NCBI GenBank assembly: GCA_028871115.1
Contig: JAGWOD010000002.1
Coordinates: 2,144 to 66,143, forward strand
From: Patescibacteria group bacterium
GTDB taxonomy: Bacteria; Patescibacteriota; Minisyncoccia; Phycocordibacterales; SBAW01
Length of the DNA stretch: 64,000 bases
Direction of reading: 5' to 3'
The number at the start of each line of letters is the position of its first letter. Position 1 is the stretch's first letter. Below are positions 10,386-18,747 of this stretch, in pieces. Under the pieces are notes generated by a model. It searched no databases, had not been told where the DNA came from, and saw nothing but the letters and a program-made list of their open reading frames with translations. A program made the translations under genes and the position numbers.

Positions 10386-11150
10386 TTATTCGCGCAGCTC
10401 TTTGCCAGTAAGATCAATAAACACGTCTTCAAGGTTTGCCTGTTCGACATGCTGCTCTTTTTTAAATCCACGACCGAGCAGCTGTTGTATAAGATTCTTT
10501 GGCGTGTCGAGCGCGATAATTTTACCTTCATCCATTATGGCAATCCGGTCGCACAAGACATGCGCTTCATCCATATAGTGCGTAGTCATAATGACGGTGA
10601 CTCCCCGCTTTCGTACTGTCTCAACAAGCTCCCAAAGATTGCGCCTTGCCTGTGGGTCGAGTCCCGTAGTTGGTTCATCCATAAATAGGATCCTCGGATC
10701 ATGTACAAGAGCAACCGCGATCGAAAATCGCTGACGCTGGCCTCCAGAGAGTTCTTCAACATAAGAATTCACCTTATCGGCGAGCCCAACCTCCTCAAGC
10801 GAGCGCACTGGGTCGGCGAGCGTCCCATAGGCTGCAGCAAACATCTCGAGCACTTCACGTAGTTTTGTCCGATCCTGAAAACCAGGCGCCTGTGGTTGAA
10901 CACCGATGAGTTTTTTTATTTCCTGGGGCTGCTCTGCCACATCGACACCAAAGAGTGTAATACTTCCCGCAGTTATAGAATTGAGCGTCTCTATCATCTC
11001 AAGCGTCGTGGTTTTGCCTGCGCCATTGGGTCCGAGAATGCCGAATATTTCCCCCTCACGTACGTCGAACGAGACGCCGCGTACGGCCTCCGTCCCGTTA
11101 TCGTAGCGCTTCTCTACGTCGCGCAATGTAAGTACGGCCTTATTTGGCAT
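10386..11150 (-). CDS. ABC transporter ATP-binding protein
   Basis: GPNGAGKTTT Walker A, LSGGQRQR signature and FMDEPTTGLD Walker B. Confidence 0.9.
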   Translation of the reverse strand: MPNKAVLTLRDVEKRYDNGTEAVRGVSFDVREGEIFGILGPNGAGKTTTLEMIETLNSITAGSITLFGVDVAEQPQEIKKLIGVQPQAPGFQDRTKLREVLEMFAAAYGTLADPVRSLEEVGLADKVNSYVEELSGGQRQRFSIAVALVHDPRILFMDEPTTGLDPQARRNLWELVETVRKRGVTVIMTTHYMDEAHVLCDRIAIMDEGKIIALDTPKNLIQQLLGRGFKKEQHVEQANLEDVFIDLTGKELRE

Positions 11151-11319
11151 GGAAGCATCAGTATATCAAAGTGGAGGTTTTGAACATGGCCCCGGCGGAA
11201 CAACACCTGCCAGCCTGTGAGGATGTCGGGACCATCGAGGAATATTAGCGCCTCTATTCTCTGCTTTTAAATATAAACCTGCTGTATCCGAAATCGATTC
11301 TCGTCCTGAAAAGGTTTGT

Positions 11320-12006
11320 CTACTCTGCCGGGTATCCCGGAAAATCGTCCAACTTTATGCGATCGGCAGTAACACCCATGCCCCTTATGACTTCAGCTAA
11401 ACTTTTAACCATAGGCTCAGGGCCAGAAATATAGAACGTGGGCTTGGTGAGATCTGGTACAAGTTTCTTGATTTGATTTTCATCAATGCGCTCCGGCGCA
11501 GTGACGTAATGCACGACAAGGTCAGAGTTATTTTTCTGGAATGCATCTAACTCCTTTTTGTAGGGCACGTTTGCATCTCGGTTTGCGTACAGAAGCGTAG
11601 CGCGGAGATGCACTCCGGCATGATCAGCTTCTTTAAGGATCGAGTGAAATGGCGTAATACCGATGCCACCCGCTATGAAAACATATTCCCCTGCTGAATT
11701 GTCGACTACAAAATCGCCTTCAACTGCGGATATTTCGATCGAATCGCCAATTTGAAGCGCCATAAGCGCAGCCTTAAAACTGCTCCCCTTTTCAGCTGCA
11801 ATTCTGGTGGTAATCATCACTTCCTCTTCAAACGGAGCGGAAGCTACCGTGAACCAACGATCAGAACCACGATTATCCGTTGGCTCGTGATGGAGCACGT
11901 AATGCAAGTACTGTCCGGCTTTCCACGTGAGTGGTTCTTCGGGCTTGAAGATAAAGGATTCCACACCAGGGATCTCAGTTCTTTTTCGAGTAAGCTGTAA
12001 TTTCAT
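11320..12006 (-). CDS. FAD/NAD(P)-binding oxidoreductase (ferredoxin-NADP reductase-like)
   Basis: RWFTVAS flavin-binding region and GGIGITP NAD(P)-binding motif. It is the last gene of the doxX-arsR operon. Confidence 0.75.
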   Translation of the reverse strand: MKLQLTRKRTEIPGVESFIFKPEEPLTWKAGQYLHYVLHHEPTDNRGSDRWFTVASAPFEEEVMITTRIAAEKGSSFKAALMALQIGDSIEISAVEGDFVVDNSAGEYVFIAGGIGITPFHSILKEADHAGVHLRATLLYANRDANVPYKKELDAFQKNNSDLVVHYVTAPERIDENQIKKLVPDLTKPTFYISGPEPMVKSLAEVIRGMGVTADRIKLDDFPGYPAE

Positions 12007-12010
12007 ATAT

Positions 12011-12322
12011 TTATTGAACTGCTTTGATAACCGTCCGCACTAATTCATCTTGAACATTGGGTCTAAAGTATACAGTCCTACCTTCTTTCTCACGTATAAC
12101 CAATTTTGTGACCTCAAGTATTTTGAGATGCTGCGAAGCAAGAGACATGGAGATACCAAATGTGCGCGAGACGTCACTGACACAGAGTCGATCGCGCTTA
12201 AGGAAGCTGCGGAATATCTTGCAGCGACGCGGGTCACCCAAAGCACTGAAGACAATCGGCAGACGATGGTCTTCGCGCTTTAAAAGTGACTGCAATTTTT
12301 GTATTTCCTTAGGATTCAGCAT
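12011..12322 (-). CDS. ArsR/SmtB family transcriptional regulator
   Basis: HTH region VSDVSRTFGISMSLASQHLKILEVTKLV and the typical 103-aa length. Confidence 0.8.
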   Translation of the reverse strand: MLNPKEIQKLQSLLKREDHRLPIVFSALGDPRRCKIFRSFLKRDRLCVSDVSRTFGISMSLASQHLKILEVTKLVIREKEGRTVYFRPNVQDELVRTVIKAVQ

Positions 12323-12333
12323 TACCTCTTATC

Positions 12334-12756
12334 TTACATGCTCTCTTTAACAAGTTTTAGCTGTTCTACGGCAACAGTGAGTTCCGCGAGTGCTAGGGCT
12401 CCAACGGCAAGCAATAGATCTCGTATAGCAATATCGATATAGCCGAGCATCAGAAGATTAATCGCTATAAGGACCAACCATACGACAGAAAGATACCCGC
12501 CAATGCGTGGCCATTTAGTAACTAACATAATAGCTACTACTATCTCGACCACACCCATAGCACCCAAAAAGACACCAGTACTTACTGGTAAGTAACTCGC
12601 GACCAAGGGGCTAATATATTTTGGCCAGAACACAATAAAGTCTGTACCCAAGAGCTTATCTAGCCCTGCCAATAGGAGCACTGCGCCATATGCATAGCGA
12701 AGTACGTTCCATGAAAACACTACCCTCTTTGTTCCTTCCATACAATTTAAATACAT
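12334..12756 (-). CDS. DoxX family membrane protein
   Basis: 140 aa with four TM helices and an LAGLDKLLG start typical of DoxX. Confidence 0.7.
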   Translation of the reverse strand: MYLNCMEGTKRVVFSWNVLRYAYGAVLLLAGLDKLLGTDFIVFWPKYISPLVASYLPVSTGVFLGAMGVVEIVVAIMLVTKWPRIGGYLSVVWLVLIAINLLMLGYIDIAIRDLLLAVGALALAELTVAVEQLKLVKESM

Positions 12757-12761
12757 TAAAT

Positions 12762-12781
12762 ACTTTAATAACTATTAAAGT
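12762..12781. promoter_or_regulatory. inverted repeat ACTTTAATA-ac-TATTAAAGT immediately upstream of the doxX-arsR-reductase operon; candidate ArsR operator
   Basis: The palindrome is seen in the AT-rich promoter region 6 nt upstream of the doxX start. ArsR/SmtB repressors bind imperfect 12-2-12-type inverted repeats in their own promoters. Confidence 0.35.
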
Positions 12782-12893
12782 ATAGTAAATGCACTTATAA
12801 CCGTCAAGCCTCTGCTTAGTTCTTTGTCCTTATCAGATCCTTAGTGGAATCAATACACAGCGAGAGGCGGCCCTGTGTTAGGGCCGCCTCGTG

Positions 12894-13313
12894 TCAGCTA
12901 ATCGTACTCTCGAGAGGCCGCCGCTTTTCTCTAGCCTCACACCAGCTAGACAAGTGGTCAACCTGGAGGCCACAACCTTGAGCCTCTTCAAAAATCGCAT
13001 GATGGAACTCATGCATCGAGTCGAGGGCCCAGCCGAACGTCTCGGGAAGGAATGCGTCGCTGTTGTATCTTTCAGTCAGATTCCTAAGACCTTTCTTAGT
13101 CATTGCCGCACAGAAGTCGAACAAGTTGGTGTACGACAACTCTTGGTCAGCGAGCGCTTTCCAACCAGGATCTTCCCTGCCGAAGTAGATCACACGCGAG
13201 GTACAATGCGCGTCTTTGTAACGATCCATGTAACCGCAGGCCGAATCTGTCCTTCCCGTCCGTTCGATACGGCGGCGGAGCTTTTCGAAAAACTCTCCAA
13301 AGGTGGAGACCAT
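12894..13313 (-). CDS. hypothetical protein with HEXXH-type motif (HEFHH)
   Basis: 139-aa ORF whose composition is more protein-like than the overlapping + strand ORF 12891..13358. An HEXXH motif sits near the C-terminus. A strong GC hairpin follows the stop directly. Confidence 0.35.
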   Translation of the reverse strand: MVSTFGEFFEKLRRRIERTGRTDSACGYMDRYKDAHCTSRVIYFGREDPGWKALADQELSYTNLFDFCAAMTKKGLRNLTERYNSDAFLPETFGWALDSMHEFHHAIFEEAQGCGLQVDHLSSWCEAREKRRPLESTIS

Positions 13314-13465
13314 GTAAACGTACTCCTTGGTTATTTCTATTTTGACTGTACCATATAGAAACTAAAAACGATTGTTGGCCTCCTCGGTCTCGTACTTTTC
13401 CCAGTGCAACCCTGTAAGGCTTTTCTGATGCTTTTAATCTATCATTTCAACGCTTCTCGGAATAG

Positions 13466-13945
13466 TCACGGATTGTAAGAAAATAAATTTCCTGGGTCAG
13501 TAATTGCTTTTGTTGAAAAGCAAACAAAATTTCCAAAACTTTCTAACATACCTGTATTATCAACTTCTTGAGCCCACCCTGAATATAGGGTGCATGAAGA
13601 AAATATGTTGTTTTTCCACTCTATAGAACCTGTAATTTGAGTTGCTGGAGCGTGCGTAATAACAAAATTAAAAGAAGATTTATATGGAGATCCTTCAGGA
13701 GTTAAAGGTAAGCCTGTGCTAGTTGAATTGAGAAAGGATACGGAATAATTAAAAGAAGGGGCTGGAAATTGATTTGCGTTTACGATATTTCCGTTCCCTT
13801 GGATTTGTACTGCGCCAGGAGAATCTTTTAAGTTTTGCGGGGCATATTTGGTGCCGCTCACAAATATCCAACCCCCTACAGTCAGAAGTACCGTTACAAC
13901 TATTCCAACTATGGTAATCTTTTGATTCTTTGAAAAGCTTATCAT
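13466..13945 (-). CDS. hypothetical membrane-anchored extracytoplasmic protein (low-GC island)
   Basis: N-terminal TM (ITIVGIVVTVLLTVGGWIFV), then an Asn/Ser-rich soluble domain. The DNA is AT-rich relative to its flanks. Confidence 0.45.
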   Translation of the reverse strand: MISFSKNQKITIVGIVVTVLLTVGGWIFVSGTKYAPQNLKDSPGAVQIQGNGNIVNANQFPAPSFNYSVSFLNSTSTGLPLTPEGSPYKSSFNFVITHAPATQITGSIEWKNNIFSSCTLYSGWAQEVDNTGMLESFGNFVCFSTKAITDPGNLFSYNP

Positions 13946-13982
13946 GCTCCTCGAAGTTCGAACCTATCTCAAACTGGCTGGC

Positions 13983-13993
13983 CGTCTCGAGAC
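13983..13993. repeat. partial third copy (CGTCTCGAG) embedded in the perfect palindrome GTCTCGAGAC
   Basis: Seen in the sequence, in the same intergenic region as copy A. Confidence 0.5.
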
Positions 13994-14050
13994 CGAACCA
14001 TCGTCAACTTTACCCTACTTGATGGAATAGCTACATTTTACACTTTCCAA

Positions 14051-14067
14051 ACGACGCGTCTCGAGCG
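14051..14067. repeat. 17-bp direct repeat copy A (ACGACGCGTCTCGAGCG), 7 nt downstream of the membrane-protein gene
   Basis: Matches 15491..15507 at 16 of 17 positions. It contains an ACGCGT and a CTCGAG palindrome. Confidence 0.7.
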
Positions 14068-14073
14068 CAGATT

Positions 14074-14805
14074 TTATTGACTTGTTCCAAATTTTTTGAA
14101 ATTTACTCCAGTCTCTTGCTTCATTTTTTCAACTCCTTTATTTAGCTCGATTATTTCTCCCTGTATCTCATCTTCAGAGATTGTGAAATCCCAATCAGTA
14201 CAAAAGAGAGTGCAGAGGATACGATTCTGTCCATCAATTTTTCTCAAGTAGATTCTTGTCGTTGCAAGCAATCGCAACATCCAAGTATCTATACGTCCTT
14301 CAATTGCAGCAGAAATCTCTCCTAAAGAACGAGCTAAATAGTCGATACTCTCTGGAGCAAGCGTTCGATTTGCAAGTTTTGCATCCTCAAATCTAGTCAG
14401 CGCACGATTTTTGGCGGCGAAATCCTCATTCAGACGAGTAATAGAACGACTATAGAAATTATATTTATTGATAATATCTATACTTGCCAATTCCATCAAA
14501 ATATCCGTATCCAATCTGAGTAATTTAAATCTATAATCCGTTACTGCATTTGCTTCCACGATTTTTTTCGTATCGTCCGCGTGTATTTTCGCAATGAGCA
14601 GCTCGTCGGCATGCTCATGCATAAGACGTTCCAGTTTTATTAATGCATTGCGATGCCTGACAAATTTCTCCCGCTTCTTTGTGTAATAAAAAGTTATAAG
14701 TCCAAATATAAAAGCAAAGAATGCTCCAAGAAACGGACCCCAGAATAAGGAGCTAGTCGTGGCACTCCCATCTACTTGTACAAAATGATGGAAATGTGAG
14801 TACAT
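14074..14805 (-). CDS. hypothetical single-pass membrane protein with cytoplasmic alpha-helical domain (partner of the GIY-YIG gene)
   Basis: TM at residues about 20-42 (FWGPFLGAFFAFIFGLITFYY), then a charged helical domain. The DNA is low GC. The stop lies 3 nt before the start region of the upstream gene, implying an operon. Confidence 0.5.
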   Translation of the reverse strand: MYSHFHHFVQVDGSATTSSLFWGPFLGAFFAFIFGLITFYYTKKREKFVRHRNALIKLERLMHEHADELLIAKIHADDTKKIVEANAVTDYRFKLLRLDTDILMELASIDIINKYNFYSRSITRLNEDFAAKNRALTRFEDAKLANRTLAPESIDYLARSLGEISAAIEGRIDTWMLRLLATTRIYLRKIDGQNRILCTLFCTDWDFTISEDEIQGEIIELNKGVEKMKQETGVNFKKFGTSQ

Positions 14806-14808
14806 AAT

Positions 14809-15456
14809 TTATTTAACCTTCGGATTATCTAGTACGTCACCCTCCTCAAGACGTATACGACGGTCGTCCAAAATCTCTCCATGGTATTTCCAATAGGCAG
14901 GACCTTGCTCTAACCACTTACTCCCGAGTGCAATCTGGGCAGCCCTCGAAAGGGACATGGTTTCGTCTTGAAATTCAACATGCTTAAAATCTGGTGCTAC
15001 GCGGCAAGTAACATTTTCGTCACGCGTAAATGTAAGTATTGCTCCGGGTGAAATATCAACCATCTTAAAATTGAAAGCGGCTCGTCTTTCTCGTGCTTCT
15101 TTTATAGCAGCTGCATCCTCCTTAGATTCAATTCCGGCATCACGTGACGGGGTGACTTCTTCCAGACCGATGTATTTTAAAAACGCGATTGCACGCTCTG
15201 GGGCGAGAATAAAAAATTCTCTTTTGGGATTTTTCCTATGGTCATCAAAGGCTTCGTGAAGCGCTTTCTCTGCGGCATCCATGTCAGCGACGCGCACGGC
15301 ATAGACGCATTCGAATGGCAGCGGCACCGAAGTCGTTCGCGATAACTCCAAGACTCTTTGTTCCACTGAGGTAGTTGTCTTTCCAATTTTTATATACCCT
15401 GGCATCGCCTCATTTACGAGGACATATATGATGCCTTGATTTTTTATGTCTGCCAT
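14809..15456 (-). CDS. GIY-YIG / T5orf172-domain nuclease-like protein with C-terminal DUF4357
   Basis: The N-terminus GIIYVLVNEAMPGYIKIGKTT...VEQRVLEL...PFECVY...REFF fits the T5orf172/GIY-YIG core. The C-terminal FNFKMVDISPGAILTF...GPAYWKYHG resembles DUF4357. Start is set at MADIKNQ (15456) because the longer ORF-track start runs through tRNA-Gln. Confidence 0.7.
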   Translation of the reverse strand: MADIKNQGIIYVLVNEAMPGYIKIGKTTTSVEQRVLELSRTTSVPLPFECVYAVRVADMDAAEKALHEAFDDHRKNPKREFFILAPERAIAFLKYIGLEEVTPSRDAGIESKEDAAAIKEARERRAAFNFKMVDISPGAILTFTRDENVTCRVAPDFKHVEFQDETMSLSRAAQIALGSKWLEQGPAYWKYHGEILDDRRIRLEEGDVLDNPKVK

Positions 15457-15490
15457 AATTGGATCGTATCGCTTGGTAATAGCATTGTAG

Positions 15491-15507
15491 ACAACGCGTC
15501 TCGAGCG
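15491..15507. repeat. 17-bp direct repeat copy B (ACAACGCGTCTCGAGCG) between the GIY-YIG gene start and tRNA-Gln
   Basis: Its 14-nt core ACGCGTCTCGAGCG is identical to 14054..14067. Together with copy A it brackets the two-gene module. Confidence 0.7.
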
Positions 15508-15528
15508 GGATAACCTATCACGACTTGG

Positions 15529-15599
15529 CTGCCGGGCTTGGACTCGAACCAAGATAAACGGATCCAGAGTCCGTTGTCCTACCATTAGACGACCCGGCA
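15529..15599 (-). tRNA. tRNA-Gln (anticodon CTG)
   Basis: Manual fold gives acceptor TGCCGGG/CCCGGCA with U1-A72, D-stem GTCT/GGAC, anticodon stem ACGGA/TCCGT with loop CTCTGGA, and T-arm CTTGG-TTCGAGT-CCAAG. Confidence 0.8.
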
Positions 15600-15641
15600 A
15601 TACAGGGAAACGATAGCTGAAATCACCTAAAATCTCAACTA

Positions 15642-16088
15642 TTAGCCGGTGATAGAATCAAAATCTTTGAGTATCTGCGGAGCGTGAACAGCCGGATCAA
15701 CCTTTGGATATGTTTTTTGTATAACTCCTTTGGAGTCAATAAGGAAGGAAATGCGTTTAGTGAAAAGTCCTCCTGCAGCGCCATAGGCTTTGACTACCTT
15801 CCCTTCCGGATCAGCCAGAAGCGTGAATGGAAGGTTATATTTCTCCTCAAATTTTTTATGACTCTCAACCGAGTCCTTACTCACGCCAAAGACCGTGATG
15901 CCTCGCTTCTTGTATTCGTCCCACGCGTCGCGTATGCCGCAGGCTTCCTTAGTGCAGCCCGAAGTATCATCCTTGGGATAGAAATAGAGGAGAACAAAAC
16001 GCCCTCGCTCGCTCGAGAGCGAGTGCAACGCGCCGTTTTGATCAGGCAGCGAGAAATCGGGTGCTTCTTCTCCTTCTTTAACCATCAT
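15642..16088 (-). CDS. bcp: peroxiredoxin Bcp (thiol peroxidase, AhpC/TSA family)
   Basis: FYPKDDTSGCTKEAC peroxidatic-Cys motif; 148 aa. Confidence 0.9.
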   Translation of the reverse strand: MMVKEGEEAPDFSLPDQNGALHSLSSERGRFVLLYFYPKDDTSGCTKEACGIRDAWDEYKKRGITVFGVSKDSVESHKKFEEKYNLPFTLLADPEGKVVKAYGAAGGLFTKRISFLIDSKGVIQKTYPKVDPAVHAPQILKDFDSITG

Positions 16089-16094
16089 GTAAAG

Positions 16095-17774
16095 CTAGCG
16101 CTGCGCAGCTGAAGCTTCCGTTAACGATACGGAGTGTATAGAGGCTTTTTCCTCTGCCGCACGCATAAATCCGACAAAGAGCGGGTGCGGCGAGAGTGGC
16201 CGGGCAAGGAATTCTGGATGGAACTGAGTCCCGAGAAAGAACGGATGAACGTCTTTGGGAAGTTCTGCTATTTCCATAAGCACTCCATCAGGAGAGGTAC
16301 CTGAGAAGACAAGGCCGGCTTTTTGAATCTGCGGCATGAAGCGCGGATTCACTTCGTAGCGATGACGATGGCGTTCCGAAATTTCCTTTTTCCCGTAAGC
16401 CTTCCCCGCAATACTCCCCTCTTTGAGAACACACGGATAGGAACCCAGACGCATCGTTCCACCGTAGCGGCTCTCCGCGACATTTTTTCTCTGACTCTCC
16501 ATGATAGCGATGACAGGATAGGAAGTTTTTTCATCAATCTCGGTTGTATGAGCGCCCGAGAGTCCAGCAACGTTGCGCGCATATTCAACAACCATAAGTT
16601 GCATACCATAGCAGAGGCCGAAATAGGGAATCTTATTTTCTCGCGCATAGCGGATGACTTTGAGCTTCCCTTCGATGCCCGTCTCGCCAAATCCTCCGGG
16701 GATAAGAATGCCCCCGTAGGCATCAAGCGTCGAGAGCGGAAGCTTCCCCGATTCGAAATCCTTGGAATTAAGGTACGTGAGCCGAGGCTTGGCATTGAGG
16801 TGGTACGCCGCGCCCTTGAGCGCTTCAAGGACTGAGATATAGACATCGGAGAGAACAAAGCTCCCCGAATCAAAGTACTTCCCTACGATGGCAATATCGA
16901 TGACTGAAGCGCCGTTGTGGGAGCGCTCTGCAAAGGCTTCCCAGTCGGAGAGTTCCGCGCTGCGCTTTGGGAGGTCGAGTACTTTTTCAAGGATATCGCC
17001 AAGCCCATCTTTCTCGTAATTGAGCGGCACATCGTAAATACTTTCAACATCCGGCGCCGAGATAACCCGCTCGGGCAAGATATTACAAAAGACCGCTATC
17101 TTTTCCTTTCGTTTGGTGTCAATCGGCACTGTGGCGCGTGCAAGAATAATATCTGCCTGGAGTCCCACAGAGTTGAGTGTGCGTGCCGCATACTGCGTGG
17201 GTTTGGTCTTCATCTCCCCAATGTTGTGGGGAATAGGCACGTAGGAGACCATGACAACCGCTACATCGCGCGGGAACTCTTGCTTGAGCATGCGAGCGGC
17301 TTCAAGAAATATGATGTTCTGATATTCACCAATCGTCCCCCCTATCTCGATGAGGGTCACATCGGCCTTTGAAGCGGCCTGAGCAGCAGTGATGCGGCGC
17401 AGGACCTCAAGCGGAATATCGGGAACCACTTCGACGTTCTTGCCTTTGTATTCGAGATTGCGCTCGCGCTCGATGACGCTGAGATACACGCGTCCTGTGG
17501 TCATGTAATTGATCTCGGGGAGCGACTCATCGAGGAAGCGCTCGTAGTTGCCCATATCCTGATCCGTCTCGTATCCATCCTCGAGTACGAAGACTTCCCC
17601 GTGCTCCGTCGGGTTCATAGTTCCCGCGTCGACGTTGATATAAGGATCTATCTTTATGGCCGTTACCCTGAGGCCTTTGGATTTGAGGATTCGTCCGATG
17701 GCCGAGGTGGCGATACCTTTGCCGATGCCACTCATGACCCCGCCTACGACGAATATGTATTTGGGCTGCGCCAT
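16095..17774 (-). CDS. pyrG: CTP synthase
   Basis: N-terminal synthetase domain MAQPKYIFVVGGVMSGIGKG and C-terminal glutamine amidotransferase domain (GLCYGMQ). Confidence 0.95.
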   Translation of the reverse strand: MAQPKYIFVVGGVMSGIGKGIATSAIGRILKSKGLRVTAIKIDPYINVDAGTMNPTEHGEVFVLEDGYETDQDMGNYERFLDESLPEINYMTTGRVYLSVIERERNLEYKGKNVEVVPDIPLEVLRRITAAQAASKADVTLIEIGGTIGEYQNIIFLEAARMLKQEFPRDVAVVMVSYVPIPHNIGEMKTKPTQYAARTLNSVGLQADIILARATVPIDTKRKEKIAVFCNILPERVISAPDVESIYDVPLNYEKDGLGDILEKVLDLPKRSAELSDWEAFAERSHNGASVIDIAIVGKYFDSGSFVLSDVYISVLEALKGAAYHLNAKPRLTYLNSKDFESGKLPLSTLDAYGGILIPGGFGETGIEGKLKVIRYARENKIPYFGLCYGMQLMVVEYARNVAGLSGAHTTEIDEKTSYPVIAIMESQRKNVAESRYGGTMRLGSYPCVLKEGSIAGKAYGKKEISERHRHRYEVNPRFMPQIQKAGLVFSGTSPDGVLMEIAELPKDVHPFFLGTQFHPEFLARPLSPHPLFVGFMRAAEEKASIHSVSLTEASAAQR

Positions 17775-17783
17775 TGGAATATA

Positions 17784-18737
17784 TTACAGCTTAAGGTAGC
17801 GCCTTGTCGCAAGGTAGCTTGCCACCGCCCCGAGAAGCACTCCCGCGCCGATAATAAGCAGGAAGAAAAGCCCAAAATGAGAAATATAGTAACTGAAGAC
17901 ATTGATGCCACCGAAGAAATTCTCCGTGGCTTGCCCAAGCCAGTACGTAAGAGGATAGTACAGAATGAGCGTCACGATACCCGAGACGAGCCCGTAGAGC
18001 ATGGCTTCAACGAGGAACGGCGCCCTAATGTAGCTGCGCGGGGCTCCCACGAGCTGCATTACCGATATCTCATCTCTGCTCGTGTAGATGGCGAGGCGCA
18101 CCGTATTAAACGAGATAGCTATCGTCACGAGGGCGAGGATGACGATGATGACAAGACCAAGCTTTTCGGCGGAGTCCGTCACGTTCTGGAGCGTGGTTAT
18201 CGCCTCTTGATGGGCGGTATCAAAGTAATTGACCTTGTCGATAATGGAGGAGGATGAAGAATTAGTACCCCCGAGCGCTTCCTGCTGTTGAAGATACTGC
18301 GCGATAGCGCCGTACTCGGAGATATCTTTTGCCTTTATGGTAAGCACTGCGCCGAGCGGATTGGAACCAAGCTCCGAGAGTGCCTGGAGAGTCAGCTGGT
18401 CGTTCTGATGACGCTCCTCAAAAGCTGCGAGCTCATCGGTTGCAGAGGTATAAGTAGTTGTCGCCACTTCAGGGAGAGTATTTATCTGCTGCTGGAGAGA
18501 CATAATCTGATCCACAGGAGCATCGGTGGTGAAATAGATGCTGATGTCGGCTTTGTCCTGAAGACTCTGCAGCGTCTCGTTGAGAATGATCCCCGTGAAA
18601 ACAACGAGGCCCAAGACAAAGAGCGTGAGCGTCATCATAAGGATAGAAGAGAGCGTAACGAACCCGTTGCGCCAGAAGCTCAAGAAGCCTGAGCGAAAGA
18701 CGCGCTTCGTATTGGTCCAGAATGATGAGCTCCTCAT
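17784..18737 (-). CDS. ftsX: cell division permease FtsX
   Basis: FtsX-like fold with four TM helices and a large periplasmic loop. Start is set at MRSSSFW (18737), 10 nt after the ftsE stop. Confidence 0.8.
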   Translation of the reverse strand: MRSSSFWTNTKRVFRSGFLSFWRNGFVTLSSILMMTLTLFVLGLVVFTGIILNETLQSLQDKADISIYFTTDAPVDQIMSLQQQINTLPEVATTTYTSATDELAAFEERHQNDQLTLQALSELGSNPLGAVLTIKAKDISEYGAIAQYLQQQEALGGTNSSSSSIIDKVNYFDTAHQEAITTLQNVTDSAEKLGLVIIVILALVTIAISFNTVRLAIYTSRDEISVMQLVGAPRSYIRAPFLVEAMLYGLVSGIVTLILYYPLTYWLGQATENFFGGINVFSYYISHFGLFFLLIIGAGVLLGAVASYLATRRYLKL

Positions 18738-18747
18738 AGTGTTTAGT

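Noticed and set aside
13940-13975. GTTCGAACC T-loop-like sequence near the left end of the island as a tRNA-remnant att site
   Set aside because: Similarity to the tRNA-Gln 3' half is limited to the generic TCGAACC core, too short to call a duplicated attachment site.
15457-15600. N-terminal 48-codon extension of the GIY-YIG ORF as given in the ORF track (14809..15600)
   Set aside because: The extension runs straight through tRNA-Gln (15529..15599). The start was reset to the MADIKNQ Met at 15456.
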